This document shows positions 1 to 9,441 of a DNA stretch of 64,000 nucleotides, piece by piece. How positions within the stretch are numbered: position 1 is the first letter of the stretch; every line of letters starts with the position of its first letter. The stretch comes from an uncultured bacterium. Its GTDB lineage: Bacteria; Fidelibacterota; Marinisomatia; Marinisomatales; JABMOV01. The notes beneath the pieces were generated by a model that was not told where the DNA came from, did not search any database, and saw only the letters and a program-made list of their open reading frames with translations. The stretch spans positions 71,790 through 135,789 of the forward strand of contig CAYFMT010000003.1 in NCBI GenBank assembly GCA_964344305.1. Direction: 5' to 3'. Both the position numbers and the translations under genes were made by a program.

Positions 1-462
1 TAATGAACTCCCGGATAATCCATACAGTATTTTGTTGGGATTTCCCTGCAAATACACGTGGTTGTTTCCTTGCCATCTCGGTTTTCCCGGTAGAAATGTT
101 TCATCAGACACGAGGAAGGTATAATTCCTGTTTTCCAGACTATAACTCACAAGTGAATTGTATCGGCGATTCAAAAGAAAGTTGGCTGGTTTATACACAA
201 TATGCCTGCTGTCTGAAGACCAGCTGTGACCAAACCCGGAAGCAGGATCACTTGCTATTTCCATAACAGTGTTATTCTCAAGATTAAGAAGGTATAGACC
301 TTTGTAATTCGATGTTGTGAATGTCATGATTTTCATGTCAGGAGATACCTGGGGGTTTATCACTCCTGAAGATGATTGATAGATCAATTCATGAGATGGA
401 ACCTGGGACCAGAGCCCGGACAGTAGTCCAAGAAGAAGAACTTGAAGAATATTATGTTTCAT
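1..462 (-). CDS. Secreted PD40/TolB-like beta-propeller repeat protein; only the N-terminal 154 codons are present because the gene runs off the left edge
   Basis: Absent from the supplied ORF track because it has no in-window stop. Reverse-strand ATG at 462-460 is preceded by GAGG. My hand translation is MKHNILQVLLLGLLSGLWSQ (signal peptide), then VSPDMKIMTFTT..GLYLLNLENNTVMEIAS..HSWSSDSRHIVYK (PD40-like). The frame stays open to base 1. Confidence 0.55.
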   Translation of the reverse strand, partial: MKHNILQVLLLGLLSGLWSQVPSHELIYQSSSGVINPQVSPDMKIMTFTTSNYKGLYLLNLENNTVMEIASDPASGFGHSWSSDSRHIVYKPANFLLNRRYNSLVSYSLENRNYTFLVSDETFLPGKPRWQGNNHVYLQGNPNKILYGLSGSSL

Positions 463-508
463 GGAAGCCTCAAATAACTGAGGAGAAGTTAGATGGTTTA
501 TTGGAGAT

Positions 509-543
509 AAAAAAAGAGTCCCGACACATGGTGTCGGGACTCT
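509..543 (-). terminator. Rho-independent terminator of the 569..2899 gene
   Basis: Perfect inverted repeat AGAGTCCCGACAC (515-527) / GTGTCGGGACTCT (531-543) with a 3-nt loop. On the minus strand it is followed by a T-run (A-run 509-514 on +). It lies 26 nt past the stop codon. Confidence 0.85.
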
Positions 544-568
544 TCATCATACAGATTGTGAGAGTTGG

Positions 569-2899
569 TTATTTAACCAATAACATTCTGTTTGTTACCA
601 TTTGCTGTCCATCTGTCAATGTGTAGATGTACATACCACTGGCAAGCTGACCTGCATGGAAGTCAACATTGTGTCTTCCGATGGTGAGGTTTTCATTTAC
701 CAGGGTGGTAACCTGACGTCCAGTAATATCATAAACCGTCAATGTAACATGGCTATCTTTGTACAGTTCGAATTCGATAGTCGTTGTTGGGTTAAACGGA
801 TTTGGATAGTTCTGGGCCAGACTGAATGCACGGAGAATCTGTGGATCTTCCGGAGTTACACTGGCAGGTGCATACATGAATTTCGTGATTCGATTTCCAT
901 CAAAATCTGAAACGTATGCTGTCATGCCATCTGTGGAGAAGGCAATACCACGAGGAGCTCTGATGGTGTCACCCATGGCAGTGGTTCCAGCTGTGAAATC
1001 ACCTGTTGGTGTACCAATGGTACCAACAATCTGATGATTTGCGCCTGGATCCAACTCATACCAACCGGTGAAATCGCCATCGGCTACATCCCAGTATGTT
1101 CCTACCCATACGGTGCTGTCAAGACCCCAGTCAAGACTCTGTCCCCACATCACTTCATTGTAAAGAATATCCTTCAGCATGAATTCGCCTTCTGGACCAT
1201 CTTCACTGTAGTAGTGGAATACACCATTGTTATGGGTTCCACCATAGATACGGGCATGGTACAGGTTCATACCACTATTATCCACGAGTACATTTCGGGA
1301 AATGGCTGTGTTTGTACCATCATTGATCAGATTTACAAGATCTGGTGAATCTGCTGCTGCACCTGTGTAATCACTTGGCAGTCCCAATGATGCATCAAAT
1401 ACCCAAATTGGGTTTCCGCCTGGTACAACCTGTGTTACAAACATGTAGCCGTCTGCTGACATGGATGCTTCTGTGATAGATCCGGGGAAATCATACAATG
1501 CGCCTAAACCTTCACCGGTCTGGGCATTGATCTGCCATACATCATTGTAAGCAGAATACAGGATGTTCCCGTTGTTATCCAGAGACATTCCACGGCATCC
1601 GTTCCACATGGTGTCCACACGGGAACCAACGGTTACCATCTGGATCGGTGAAAATGATGCTTGGGATCCATCCGGCTCATAACAGTAGATGGGCTTGATC
1701 GGAATGGTGTCATTCGGCAATCCAAGGGTATCTGTATACCCATAGTAGCCTACCCATACTCGACCGTTGTTATCCACAACAACTGAATGAGGGTTTGGAC
1801 CTAATGCAAAATCACTGTCATAGGACCAATCGGACATGGTGGGTGCATCCTGTAAAGGAGCTCCGGCAAATCCAGTACCGTCATCCATGAATTTTGCAAT
1901 CCTGTTACCGTCAAAGTCAGCAACATAAGCCATGGTGCTGTCAAGGGAGAAGGCAATACCACGAGGAGCTCTGATGGTGTCACCCATGGCAGTGGTTCCA
2001 GCTGTGAAATCACCTGTTGGTGTACCAATGGTACCAACAATCTGATGATTTGCGCCTGGATCCAACTCATACCAACCGGTGAAATCGCCATCGGCTACAT
2101 CCCAGTATGTTCCTACCCATACGGTGCTGTCAAGACCCCAGTCAAGACTCTGTCCCCACATCACTTCATTGTAAAGAATATCCTTCAGCATGAATTCGCC
2201 TTCTGGACCATCTTCACTGTAGTAGTGGAATACACCATTGTTATGGGTTCCACCATAGATACGGGCATGGTACAGGTTCATACCACTATTATCCACGAGT
2301 ACATTTCGGGAAATGGCTGTGTTTGTACCATCATTGATCAGATTTACAAGATCTGGTGAATCTGCTGCTGCACCTGTGTAATCACTTGGCAGTCCCAATG
2401 ATGCATCAAATACCCAAATTGGGTTTCCGCCTGGTACAACCTGTGTTACAAACATGTAGCCGTCTGCTGACATGGATGCTTCTGTGATAGATCCGGGGAA
2501 ATCATACAATGCGCCTAAACCTTCACCGGTCTGGGCATTGATCTGCCATACATCATTGTAAGCAGAATACAGGATGTTCCCGTTGTTATCCAGAGACATT
2601 CCACGGCATCCGTTCCACATGGTGTCCACACGGGAACCAACGGTTACCATCTGGATCGGTGAAAATGATGCTTGGGATCCATCCGGCTCATAACAGTAGA
2701 TGGGCTTGATCGGAATGGTGTCATTCGGCAATCCAAGGGTATCTGTATACCCATAGTAGCCTACCCATACTCGACCGTTGTTATCCACAACAACTGAATG
2801 AGGGTTTGGACCTAATGCAAAATCACTGTCATACATCCACTCGCCGTAGAGAGCTGTGGCTGCCATGACAATCATTGCAACTATTAACAATCTCTTCAT
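569..2899 (-). CDS. T9SS-sorted secreted protein with two tandem NHL-like beta-propeller modules
   Basis: 776-aa ORF. Signal peptide MKRLLIVAMIVMAATALYG. NHL-like blades (DNNGRVWVG, DNNGNILYS, PRGIAFS..AYVADFDGNRIAKF) occur twice. The C-terminus NYPNPFNPTTTIEF...VYDITGRQV...SGMYIYTL...MLLVK is a type-A Por/T9SS sorting domain. GGAGG lies 5 nt upstream of the ATG. Confidence 0.85.
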   Translation of the reverse strand: MKRLLIVAMIVMAATALYGEWMYDSDFALGPNPHSVVVDNNGRVWVGYYGYTDTLGLPNDTIPIKPIYCYEPDGSQASFSPIQMVTVGSRVDTMWNGCRGMSLDNNGNILYSAYNDVWQINAQTGEGLGALYDFPGSITEASMSADGYMFVTQVVPGGNPIWVFDASLGLPSDYTGAAADSPDLVNLINDGTNTAISRNVLVDNSGMNLYHARIYGGTHNNGVFHYYSEDGPEGEFMLKDILYNEVMWGQSLDWGLDSTVWVGTYWDVADGDFTGWYELDPGANHQIVGTIGTPTGDFTAGTTAMGDTIRAPRGIAFSLDSTMAYVADFDGNRIAKFMDDGTGFAGAPLQDAPTMSDWSYDSDFALGPNPHSVVVDNNGRVWVGYYGYTDTLGLPNDTIPIKPIYCYEPDGSQASFSPIQMVTVGSRVDTMWNGCRGMSLDNNGNILYSAYNDVWQINAQTGEGLGALYDFPGSITEASMSADGYMFVTQVVPGGNPIWVFDASLGLPSDYTGAAADSPDLVNLINDGTNTAISRNVLVDNSGMNLYHARIYGGTHNNGVFHYYSEDGPEGEFMLKDILYNEVMWGQSLDWGLDSTVWVGTYWDVADGDFTGWYELDPGANHQIVGTIGTPTGDFTAGTTAMGDTIRAPRGIAFSTDGMTAYVSDFDGNRITKFMYAPASVTPEDPQILRAFSLAQNYPNPFNPTTTIEFELYKDSHVTLTVYDITGRQVTTLVNENLTIGRHNVDFHAGQLASGMYIYTLTDGQQMVTNRMLLVK
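935..2833. repeat. In-frame tandem direct repeat: 935-1822 is identical to 1946-2833 (888 bp, offset 1011 bp = 337 codons)
   Basis: Line-by-line comparison at offset 1011 shows identity breaking at 934/1945 and at 1823/2834. Antisense track ORFs 1034..1348 and 2045..2359 have identical translations. The 296-aa segment YDSDFALGPNPHS...RAPRGIAFS appears twice in the protein. Confidence 0.9.
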
Positions 2900-2990
2900 T
2901 TGTCCTCCATTTAAGGGGTTGTTATTTCCTAGGAAATTATGTCTTGAATAATAGGAGTTTCGATTTAATTATTCAATGCATAATTCTGTC

Positions 2991-5105
2991 TTATCGTATT
3001 ACGATAAACTTTCTAAAGGCTGAATCTCCTTTTGCAAATATTATTTCGTTGGTCTCCTCATCTACAATGTCCTCCATCACTTCAAAATAGGCAATGTAAA
3101 CCCCGGATACGACTACCTGTCGATACATGGTGGTTGAGTTCCATGCCTGGTCCCCGCTACCATCTGTATGTTCAATTTCGTCGATGAGATCACCACGTTC
3201 CGTAAAAATCTTAATGATGCATTTCCCCGGGATATCGTAAAACATGATTTTATCCGATTCACCAAGAAACTGCATTTTATTGTTCGATATGTGGTAAGGA
3301 TTTGGTACAACGCGAATTTGATCCAGGGATGTTCCCTGCTGTCTTTTTAAAAAGGCCGGTTTATTTGTCTTGGTGTAGAATCGAGAACTGTGCAAGGGTC
3401 CTGAAGGATTTGTTTCACCGGTAGTATTTCCACTTCCATCAGTCACGGAGACAATGTAATAATAGTATGAAAAACCGCGAATAGCTGACTCATCTGCGAA
3501 TTCGTAAATACCTGCTGGACCAGAATACAGGAGTTCATGAACCGTATCGGGTTTGGCCACAGCACGGTAAATCTCATAGCCTTCAAAATTCGGATCAGAT
3601 TCGGAAGGGCTTGCAATCCAGGACAGGAAAATCTTATCACCACCAGACTCTACATTAAATACCGGAGGAGGCATGGGCGGTTGTGGAATATTGAACCCGG
3701 AATCATAATTCCGTTTTGCGCGACTGAATGTGAGAAGGATTGAATCTTTTCCTGTATAAACCCATGAATTCTTGAATTCATCTGCATTGGATGTGGTACC
3801 ACCACCCGGAAGTGTATATGAACCGGAAGCATTGTTGTAGGTTTCCCCAACCCATTCGCACATTTGCCTGGAGAGCCCGTTAATACCTTCTGCCTCCACA
3901 ATGGTGATACTCTCTCCGTGGGCCAAATCAAATGGACCATACGTCATCATCACATTGGTCCCTCCTTCATCATTGTGTACCGTTGATGGATCAATACCAG
4001 GATATGAATCATAGGCACCATGGATTTCATCCATTCGTGTGCTTCCACCCTTGTCGCTTCCTCCATACGGATTTCCACTTAACATGGAATATAACCGAGT
4101 CATGTTCAGAGCATCTGTTGGTTGAATGTTTCCCACGGATGGGTATGTGTCACCTGCATGCCATCCAAGGAATACAGGTTGCATGGCATCATCGCTGGTG
4201 TCAATGGGACTTGAATCCACATGAATAGTTACAGACCCGATATGATGAGGCGATGTCAATCGACCGGAACCAGACAGGATTGGCGCCCCAACATTATCAA
4301 AGGCATTGGACGGATTTTGTCCCAACCAGCTGAACCCGCATCGGAGCCACTCAAGTATCCCGGATGACTCAGTGATTACATCATTCTGGTGGAGTGAATA
4401 ATCTTCTCCACGTCTGGTGACCCACATGTGCTTTCCCCAGGATGCTGGACCACCGGCATACCATGAGGCTTCCCGGCTGCCACTATAGCGGGTTCCCCAT
4501 CCTATTCGTACGCCTTTTAATGAATCATTCAACTCAATATCCTTATCCCAATCCGTGTTTCCAGTATTGGTAAAGGTAAAGACCTTGATGAAGTAATTGT
4601 CGTGGTACTGTTGTGAAAATGCATATACCGTACGATTCATGGTCAATCCCATGGATGTATTGACAATATTCACTACTTTTCTATCTGAAGGAATACTGGG
4701 ATCCACCTCATCAATATCACCGAAATACACACTGGAAATATTGGAACCATCAACATAGACAGATGGTGGCTCAAATTTCGCGATCTGTTTTAACTCCATT
4801 GGGAACATACTGAGTCCAACATAACTCAGGGCATAATACAACCCGTAATTCTCCCAGGAATTACCTTTATCATCGGTGAAATCTTCACAAGCAATCCAGG
4901 ATCGCTTAATAACGGCATTATCCTGAAACGAATAATCTGCCGGCCAGCGCATACCTTCATAGTACGTGTTGTTCCAGGCACGTTCAGATCCCCAGGCAGA
5001 AATATGGCTCTGGAGTGAGCCTACACGGATATACCGCTTGTCTGTTTCATTGACCTGGGCAAATGATATCCCTGTAATAATAGTTAATAGTAAAATCTTC
5101 TTCAT
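2991..5105 (-). CDS. Secreted ~700-aa protein of unknown function with FN3-like domain and divergent T9SS-CTD-like tail (partner 1 of the adjacent TonB-dependent receptor)
   Basis: 704-aa ORF with signal peptide MKKILLLTIITGISFAQ. Conserved block YAFSQQYHDNYFIKVFTFTNTG is shared with the paralog at 11023..13095. FN3-like segment (FLSWIASPSESDPNFEGYEIYRA...YYYYIVSV). Tail is VVPNPY...IKIFTERGDLI...SGVYIAYFEV...KFIVIR. The start overlaps the upstream stop (TAATG at 5103-5107). Confidence 0.8.
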   Translation of the reverse strand: MKKILLLTIITGISFAQVNETDKRYIRVGSLQSHISAWGSERAWNNTYYEGMRWPADYSFQDNAVIKRSWIACEDFTDDKGNSWENYGLYYALSYVGLSMFPMELKQIAKFEPPSVYVDGSNISSVYFGDIDEVDPSIPSDRKVVNIVNTSMGLTMNRTVYAFSQQYHDNYFIKVFTFTNTGNTDWDKDIELNDSLKGVRIGWGTRYSGSREASWYAGGPASWGKHMWVTRRGEDYSLHQNDVITESSGILEWLRCGFSWLGQNPSNAFDNVGAPILSGSGRLTSPHHIGSVTIHVDSSPIDTSDDAMQPVFLGWHAGDTYPSVGNIQPTDALNMTRLYSMLSGNPYGGSDKGGSTRMDEIHGAYDSYPGIDPSTVHNDEGGTNVMMTYGPFDLAHGESITIVEAEGINGLSRQMCEWVGETYNNASGSYTLPGGGTTSNADEFKNSWVYTGKDSILLTFSRAKRNYDSGFNIPQPPMPPPVFNVESGGDKIFLSWIASPSESDPNFEGYEIYRAVAKPDTVHELLYSGPAGIYEFADESAIRGFSYYYYIVSVTDGSGNTTGETNPSGPLHSSRFYTKTNKPAFLKRQQGTSLDQIRVVPNPYHISNNKMQFLGESDKIMFYDIPGKCIIKIFTERGDLIDEIEHTDGSGDQAWNSTTMYRQVVVSGVYIAYFEVMEDIVDEETNEIIFAKGDSAFRKFIVIR

Positions 5106-8100
5106 TAGAACTCTACCGTAAAACCAAACACGATATTTCTAGGGTTCAGAAATGTCACTGATCTCAGATTTGGCATATCTATATACGCATTTGTGTCGAG
5201 TATTTCCTGCTCTTCATCTGTTAAGTTATCGGGATCCACCGGGTCAAAGGCTCTGTAGGGAATATCATCCTCACGATATTTGCCCACTCGATCCGATCCC
5301 TTTTGAGATCCCTCCTCCCAATCAAAGCGAAGCGATTCCATATAAGCCAGGTAATCATAATTATCTGAGAAGCCAGCAGAATTGAGGTATTTATTATTGG
5401 TAACATTGGATATGTCCACGTATACCCTGAATCTGGATTTTTGAATCTCAAATGTCCGTGCAAGACGGAAGTCCAGATACCACTCATCTTTCCATTGAAC
5501 ATCATCCACAATGCCGGGTCTCTGATAAGGATTGTATGTATCATAACGCCCTGTCTCGTAATAGAAAATGTTGCTGAATACCCAGTTCTCTGCCGGCCTG
5601 ATACCAAATATTCTTGGACCAAATGAGTTCGGTGTCGTAAAGTTCATTACTGCATTTACATGGGGCTGGTAATCATGCCGAATGAGCTTTCGATTAACAA
5701 TATCCGATTCACGCTGAAGATTGGGGTCTTCGTAATAATTTGTAAAACCAAAATACCCTGACGTCTTTGATATATAGGTGAAATTGACGAAACCAGACAG
5801 AAAATCACCATGGACTTTTTCCAGGGTGAATTCAAAACCTCTGATATCCTCATAATTGTTGTTCGCTGCCTGGTTGTACTTCACAGAATTATTCAGATTC
5901 TGGTAGGTTATCCAGCCAATCTGGCCTGAAACATCTTTATAATATGCCACAAGGTTTATCAAATAGTCGTCATAAAATACCTGGGAATATCCAAGCTCGT
6001 ATGAAATGGTTTTCTCATACCTCAGGTTTGGGTTCCCAAGATTGGTAACGATACCATTTGATTCACGCTGGATGCCAAATCTGTACTGAGTACCCGGTTC
6101 GGAATAAAAATGTCCATAATTAAAGAACAATTTGGATACATCTGTCACTGGGAATGAGACACCAAGCCTTGGATGGAGTGAAAACTGTAGCTCTGATTCT
6201 TCCGTCTGGACTGAGTCTTCGATATCGTGACCCAATCCCTGACTCAGGTTTTTGTCATAAGGGTCCAGTGTATAAACAACAGTATTGGAATTGGATACCT
6301 CTCCACGCAACCCAATATTTGCAACAAATCCTTCGTACTCCATCTTATCCTGTGCATAAAGGGATAGTCGAAATGGCTGTACATTATACACCAGCGCACG
6401 ATTCCAGGTGGACATTCCAGGATTGCTGGCAAATGAATACACATCCAGGTTATTCTGGACGTACTCGAACCCGGTCTTGACCTGGTTTCGATTGTTCAGC
6501 TGATCGGCATAATCTGCTTTGATGATGAAACGTGAGTCCCTGGATTTATCCCTGCCAATATTCATCCATCCACCGATATTCATTCCATCAATGCCGGTCA
6601 CGCCATATCCCCAGTAACCGAATGGAGCCTCATCTACAAAATATCCATTGAATAATTCATGGGATTTTGCTGTATCCCGCAACGCGGTCTGGTACGTTTT
6701 GTAATAGGTTTTGCTCACCTGTGTCAGAATTTCGAAATACCGAGTTGAGCTGAGCATATGGGTGTATTTCATTCCATAGCCGGACATGAATATGGTGGTA
6801 GGTGAATAGTATCCGGGCATATAAATGATGCTGTTCCCACTGGAACTGTTAAGCAGGTTGGCTACAGACTGATCTGACTGCAACACATATCCTGTTGGAG
6901 TTGTGGTCCAGTTGTAGGGTGAAACCGAATGGGTTTCACCATAATTCCCAAGGATCATTAAATCAGCATTCTCGCTAATGTCCATATTCAACTTTAACCG
7001 TGTAGTCCAGCTGTTGTATCTGTCTTTGGAGAGAGGAAAAATATACATGGATTTTTCTGAATAATGAGTCAGATAAAACCTTGGGTTAAGTGCTTCAGGT
7101 CCGGGGATCGGTCCACCTATGGCAATATCATAGGTTCGGTCAGGTTCAGTGATATCCCCTTTCCGTCGATGTTCCCAGATGAATAACCGTTGTGCCTGCT
7201 CGGGAGAAAGGTCATTGTCCGGGTCAGCATCACCGAGTGTAGTTTCTGACACCACATTCCACCCTTCAAATTGTGGGTATTGGGCTTCAGTGTAATCATC
7301 CCAGACACCATTTTCCGTACCCGTCCAGCAAACGGCTGTATCCAGATATGGTCTCAAGAAATAGGAATCAGGATCAAAGACGGAGGGGCCAAAATGTTTG
7401 GGTCCTGCAGGTCTGTACTGTACAGCCATGGACCCGTGAAATCGATCCGGTCTACCTTCCTTGTTAACAATATTGATGATTCCAGAACGAATATTTCCAT
7501 ATTCTGCATTGAACCCACTGGATATAACCTGGATCTCTGATACACCCAGCAGCGATGTTGTGGTTACAGGAGAAAAACTTCTGGAGGTGTTTTGGAGAAA
7601 CCCATCCACATATACACCTGTCTGGGTAGAAGAACTGCCACGGATGGATAACCCATTCACACCGGCCTGCAAACCAATCACCTGATTGATATGATTTACA
7701 GGGATTTTTTCAATGACATCATCGGAAATATTGATTTTGCTTGAGGATACATCCGTTTCCACATAAGATCGTTCAGCGGTGACTGTCACTTCTGCCAGAC
7801 CAAGGGTCTCAAGCTGAAGCTGTCGATTGATGGTGGTTGTTTGATCGATATAGACAGGAACATCCTGGACAATAACATTTGTATACCCAATCATCTGGAT
7901 ATTCAGTGTGTATTCGCCCGGCGGGATATTCAATATGACAAAATGTCCGTTTGCATCCGTAACAGACCCGAGCTGGGTCTCGGAAAGGTAGATATTTACT
8001 CCTGGTAGTGGCTCTCCATTCTTATCGTCAGTGATGGTTCCGCCAATTTTACCCGTAATTCCAGCAAAGGTGACGGTCACCATCAAAACCAAAATAGTGC

Positions 8101-8119
8101 TTATTTTGGTTTTCACCAT
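5105..8119 (-). CDS. TonB-dependent outer-membrane receptor with N-terminal CarboxypepD_reg-like domain (TBDR 1)
   Basis: CarboxypepD_reg-like GKIGGTITDDKNGEPLPGVNIYL..ANGHFVILNIPPGEYTL. Plug-like IGLQAGVNGLSIRGSSSTQTGVYVDG. Long barrel ending in an aromatic residue (FGFTVEF). I moved the start from track position 8176 to ATG 8119 (MVKTKISTILVLMV, signal-like), 10 nt after the upstream stop. Confidence 0.85.
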   Translation of the reverse strand: MVKTKISTILVLMVTVTFAGITGKIGGTITDDKNGEPLPGVNIYLSETQLGSVTDANGHFVILNIPPGEYTLNIQMIGYTNVIVQDVPVYIDQTTTINRQLQLETLGLAEVTVTAERSYVETDVSSSKINISDDVIEKIPVNHINQVIGLQAGVNGLSIRGSSSTQTGVYVDGFLQNTSRSFSPVTTTSLLGVSEIQVISSGFNAEYGNIRSGIINIVNKEGRPDRFHGSMAVQYRPAGPKHFGPSVFDPDSYFLRPYLDTAVCWTGTENGVWDDYTEAQYPQFEGWNVVSETTLGDADPDNDLSPEQAQRLFIWEHRRKGDITEPDRTYDIAIGGPIPGPEALNPRFYLTHYSEKSMYIFPLSKDRYNSWTTRLKLNMDISENADLMILGNYGETHSVSPYNWTTTPTGYVLQSDQSVANLLNSSSGNSIIYMPGYYSPTTIFMSGYGMKYTHMLSSTRYFEILTQVSKTYYKTYQTALRDTAKSHELFNGYFVDEAPFGYWGYGVTGIDGMNIGGWMNIGRDKSRDSRFIIKADYADQLNNRNQVKTGFEYVQNNLDVYSFASNPGMSTWNRALVYNVQPFRLSLYAQDKMEYEGFVANIGLRGEVSNSNTVVYTLDPYDKNLSQGLGHDIEDSVQTEESELQFSLHPRLGVSFPVTDVSKLFFNYGHFYSEPGTQYRFGIQRESNGIVTNLGNPNLRYEKTISYELGYSQVFYDDYLINLVAYYKDVSGQIGWITYQNLNNSVKYNQAANNNYEDIRGFEFTLEKVHGDFLSGFVNFTYISKTSGYFGFTNYYEDPNLQRESDIVNRKLIRHDYQPHVNAVMNFTTPNSFGPRIFGIRPAENWVFSNIFYYETGRYDTYNPYQRPGIVDDVQWKDEWYLDFRLARTFEIQKSRFRVYVDISNVTNNKYLNSAGFSDNYDYLAYMESLRFDWEEGSQKGSDRVGKYREDDIPYRAFDPVDPDNLTDEEQEILDTNAYIDMPNLRSVTFLNPRNIVFGFTVEF

Positions 8120-8129
8120 AATGGCGACT

Positions 8130-9431
8130 CTAGAGTGAACGCCCGTGGTAAGGAGCACCCAAACGATCCATATCAACTCGATAAGGACCTTTTACTTCCG
8201 TCGGACTATAATCCCAGGTCACACCATCGGGTGGTACGGCAGAATTCTGGTTGTTTATGTACAGATATTTATCATTACCCCATGACATCTTTGATCCTGG
8301 AGCTTTGAACACTTCCTGGTAAAACGGTTCAGGTGTCGTGTATGGTGCCTGAACTAAATACAGGCCAGGTCCGAGACATTCATAGCAGGATGGATCCATA
8401 TAGTCAACACCAACAAACATATTTCCGCTTGCGTCAAAGGATAGATCCAACGGTTTGGTGGCATTGGCACCCAGGGCATCATCCCAGTCAATAACCAGTT
8501 CAGCAGGTGCCACAGAATCTGCTGAAATTATTTCGCATCTCCAGATACCATTTTGCACTGCCAGGGAATCATCTCCGGAGTAATCGCCTATCATGTAAAC
8601 ATAATCCTCAAACACACGAACAGAGTTAATCAGAATACCGTCCGGGAGAGTATCGGCAGGCACAAAATCAGTTTCACCGCTGTTAATGTCAATTTGATAT
8701 AATACATTTCGTTGGCCTCCTGCGTACAGAATGCCTGTAGAAGCAAAATCAAGGGCGTAGGCTTTTGTTCTATTTGGTAGATCAGCCCAGGCATCTTCTC
8801 TCCCACCTTCTTCAATTGTGTACACACTCTTATGATTCATGGCCATGTAGTATGTATCTGAAGGTCCCAATCGGATGGCAAATGCCTGGAGCCTTGGTGA
8901 GTAGTCACCGAATTCAAGCGAATCCACTTCACCATTGGAGAACACTCTGTATAGTATCTTATTGGATCGATCGGAAATGACCATATTCTCATCATTATCG
9001 ATTTCCAATCCCCAGAGGTTTGTACCCAAAGGATCAAACGTACCCCACTTAATTACAGGCGGGTACAATCCATAATTGTTCCATTCTCCAAATTCATAGG
9101 CACCTATAACGGCTACCTGGATTTTCACACTATCTGCCACAATATTGGGAGCCTTCACTACAAGCTCAGTCGCTGATGCTGACTGGACAATCCCTGTCGT
9201 CCCATTAAAGTAAACCAGGTTCTGATCCACTCTGGTGGAAAAATTCTGTCCCGTTATGGTAACGATTCCAATACCGGAAAAAGCAGAATCAGCAGGGGAC
9301 ACATTAGAAATAGTGGGGTCAGGAAGGACTTCCGGATTTTCTGAATAAATATTGTCTGGATAATCAGGTTCCTCACAAGAGAAGAAGCATCCTGCCAATA
9401 TGATAAGTGTGATGATAGGGATACGATTCAT
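8130..9431 (-). CDS. Lipoprotein with IPT/TIG-like Ig domain followed by beta-propeller-like region
   Basis: The track ORF extends to 9518, but ATG 9431 gives MNRIPIITLIILAGCFFSC (lipobox LAGC) and removes a 77-nt overlap. IPT/TIG-like ISNVSPADSAFSGIGIVTITGQNFS..VYFNG..ATELVVKAP. The remainder is repeat-rich (propeller-like). Confidence 0.75.
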   Translation of the reverse strand: MNRIPIITLIILAGCFFSCEEPDYPDNIYSENPEVLPDPTISNVSPADSAFSGIGIVTITGQNFSTRVDQNLVYFNGTTGIVQSASATELVVKAPNIVADSVKIQVAVIGAYEFGEWNNYGLYPPVIKWGTFDPLGTNLWGLEIDNDENMVISDRSNKILYRVFSNGEVDSLEFGDYSPRLQAFAIRLGPSDTYYMAMNHKSVYTIEEGGREDAWADLPNRTKAYALDFASTGILYAGGQRNVLYQIDINSGETDFVPADTLPDGILINSVRVFEDYVYMIGDYSGDDSLAVQNGIWRCEIISADSVAPAELVIDWDDALGANATKPLDLSFDASGNMFVGVDYMDPSCYECLGPGLYLVQAPYTTPEPFYQEVFKAPGSKMSWGNDKYLYINNQNSAVPPDGVTWDYSPTEVKGPYRVDMDRLGAPYHGRSL

Positions 9432-9441
9432 AAGATGACCT

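Noticed and set aside
3-626. Plus-strand track ORFs 3..266 (87 aa) and 372..626 (84 aa)
   Set aside because: The opposite strand carries a much more convincing edge-truncated gene (1..462, with signal peptide and PD40-like repeats). In addition, 372..626 runs through a strong terminator hairpin and into the 3' end of the 569..2899 gene. Both translations look like random sequence.
1034-2359. Two identical 104-aa plus-strand ORFs (1034..1348 and 2045..2359) that look like a duplicated small gene
   Set aside because: They are antisense shadows of the 888-bp tandem repeat inside the 569..2899 coding sequence. Their identity only reflects the repeat.
935-2833. Whether the repeat pair could be a DGR template/variable-repeat pair, an IS element or a CRISPR-like array
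   Set aside because: The copies are identical rather than differing at adenine positions. No reverse transcriptase, transposase or inverted terminal repeats are nearby. There are only two very long units lying in frame within one ORF.
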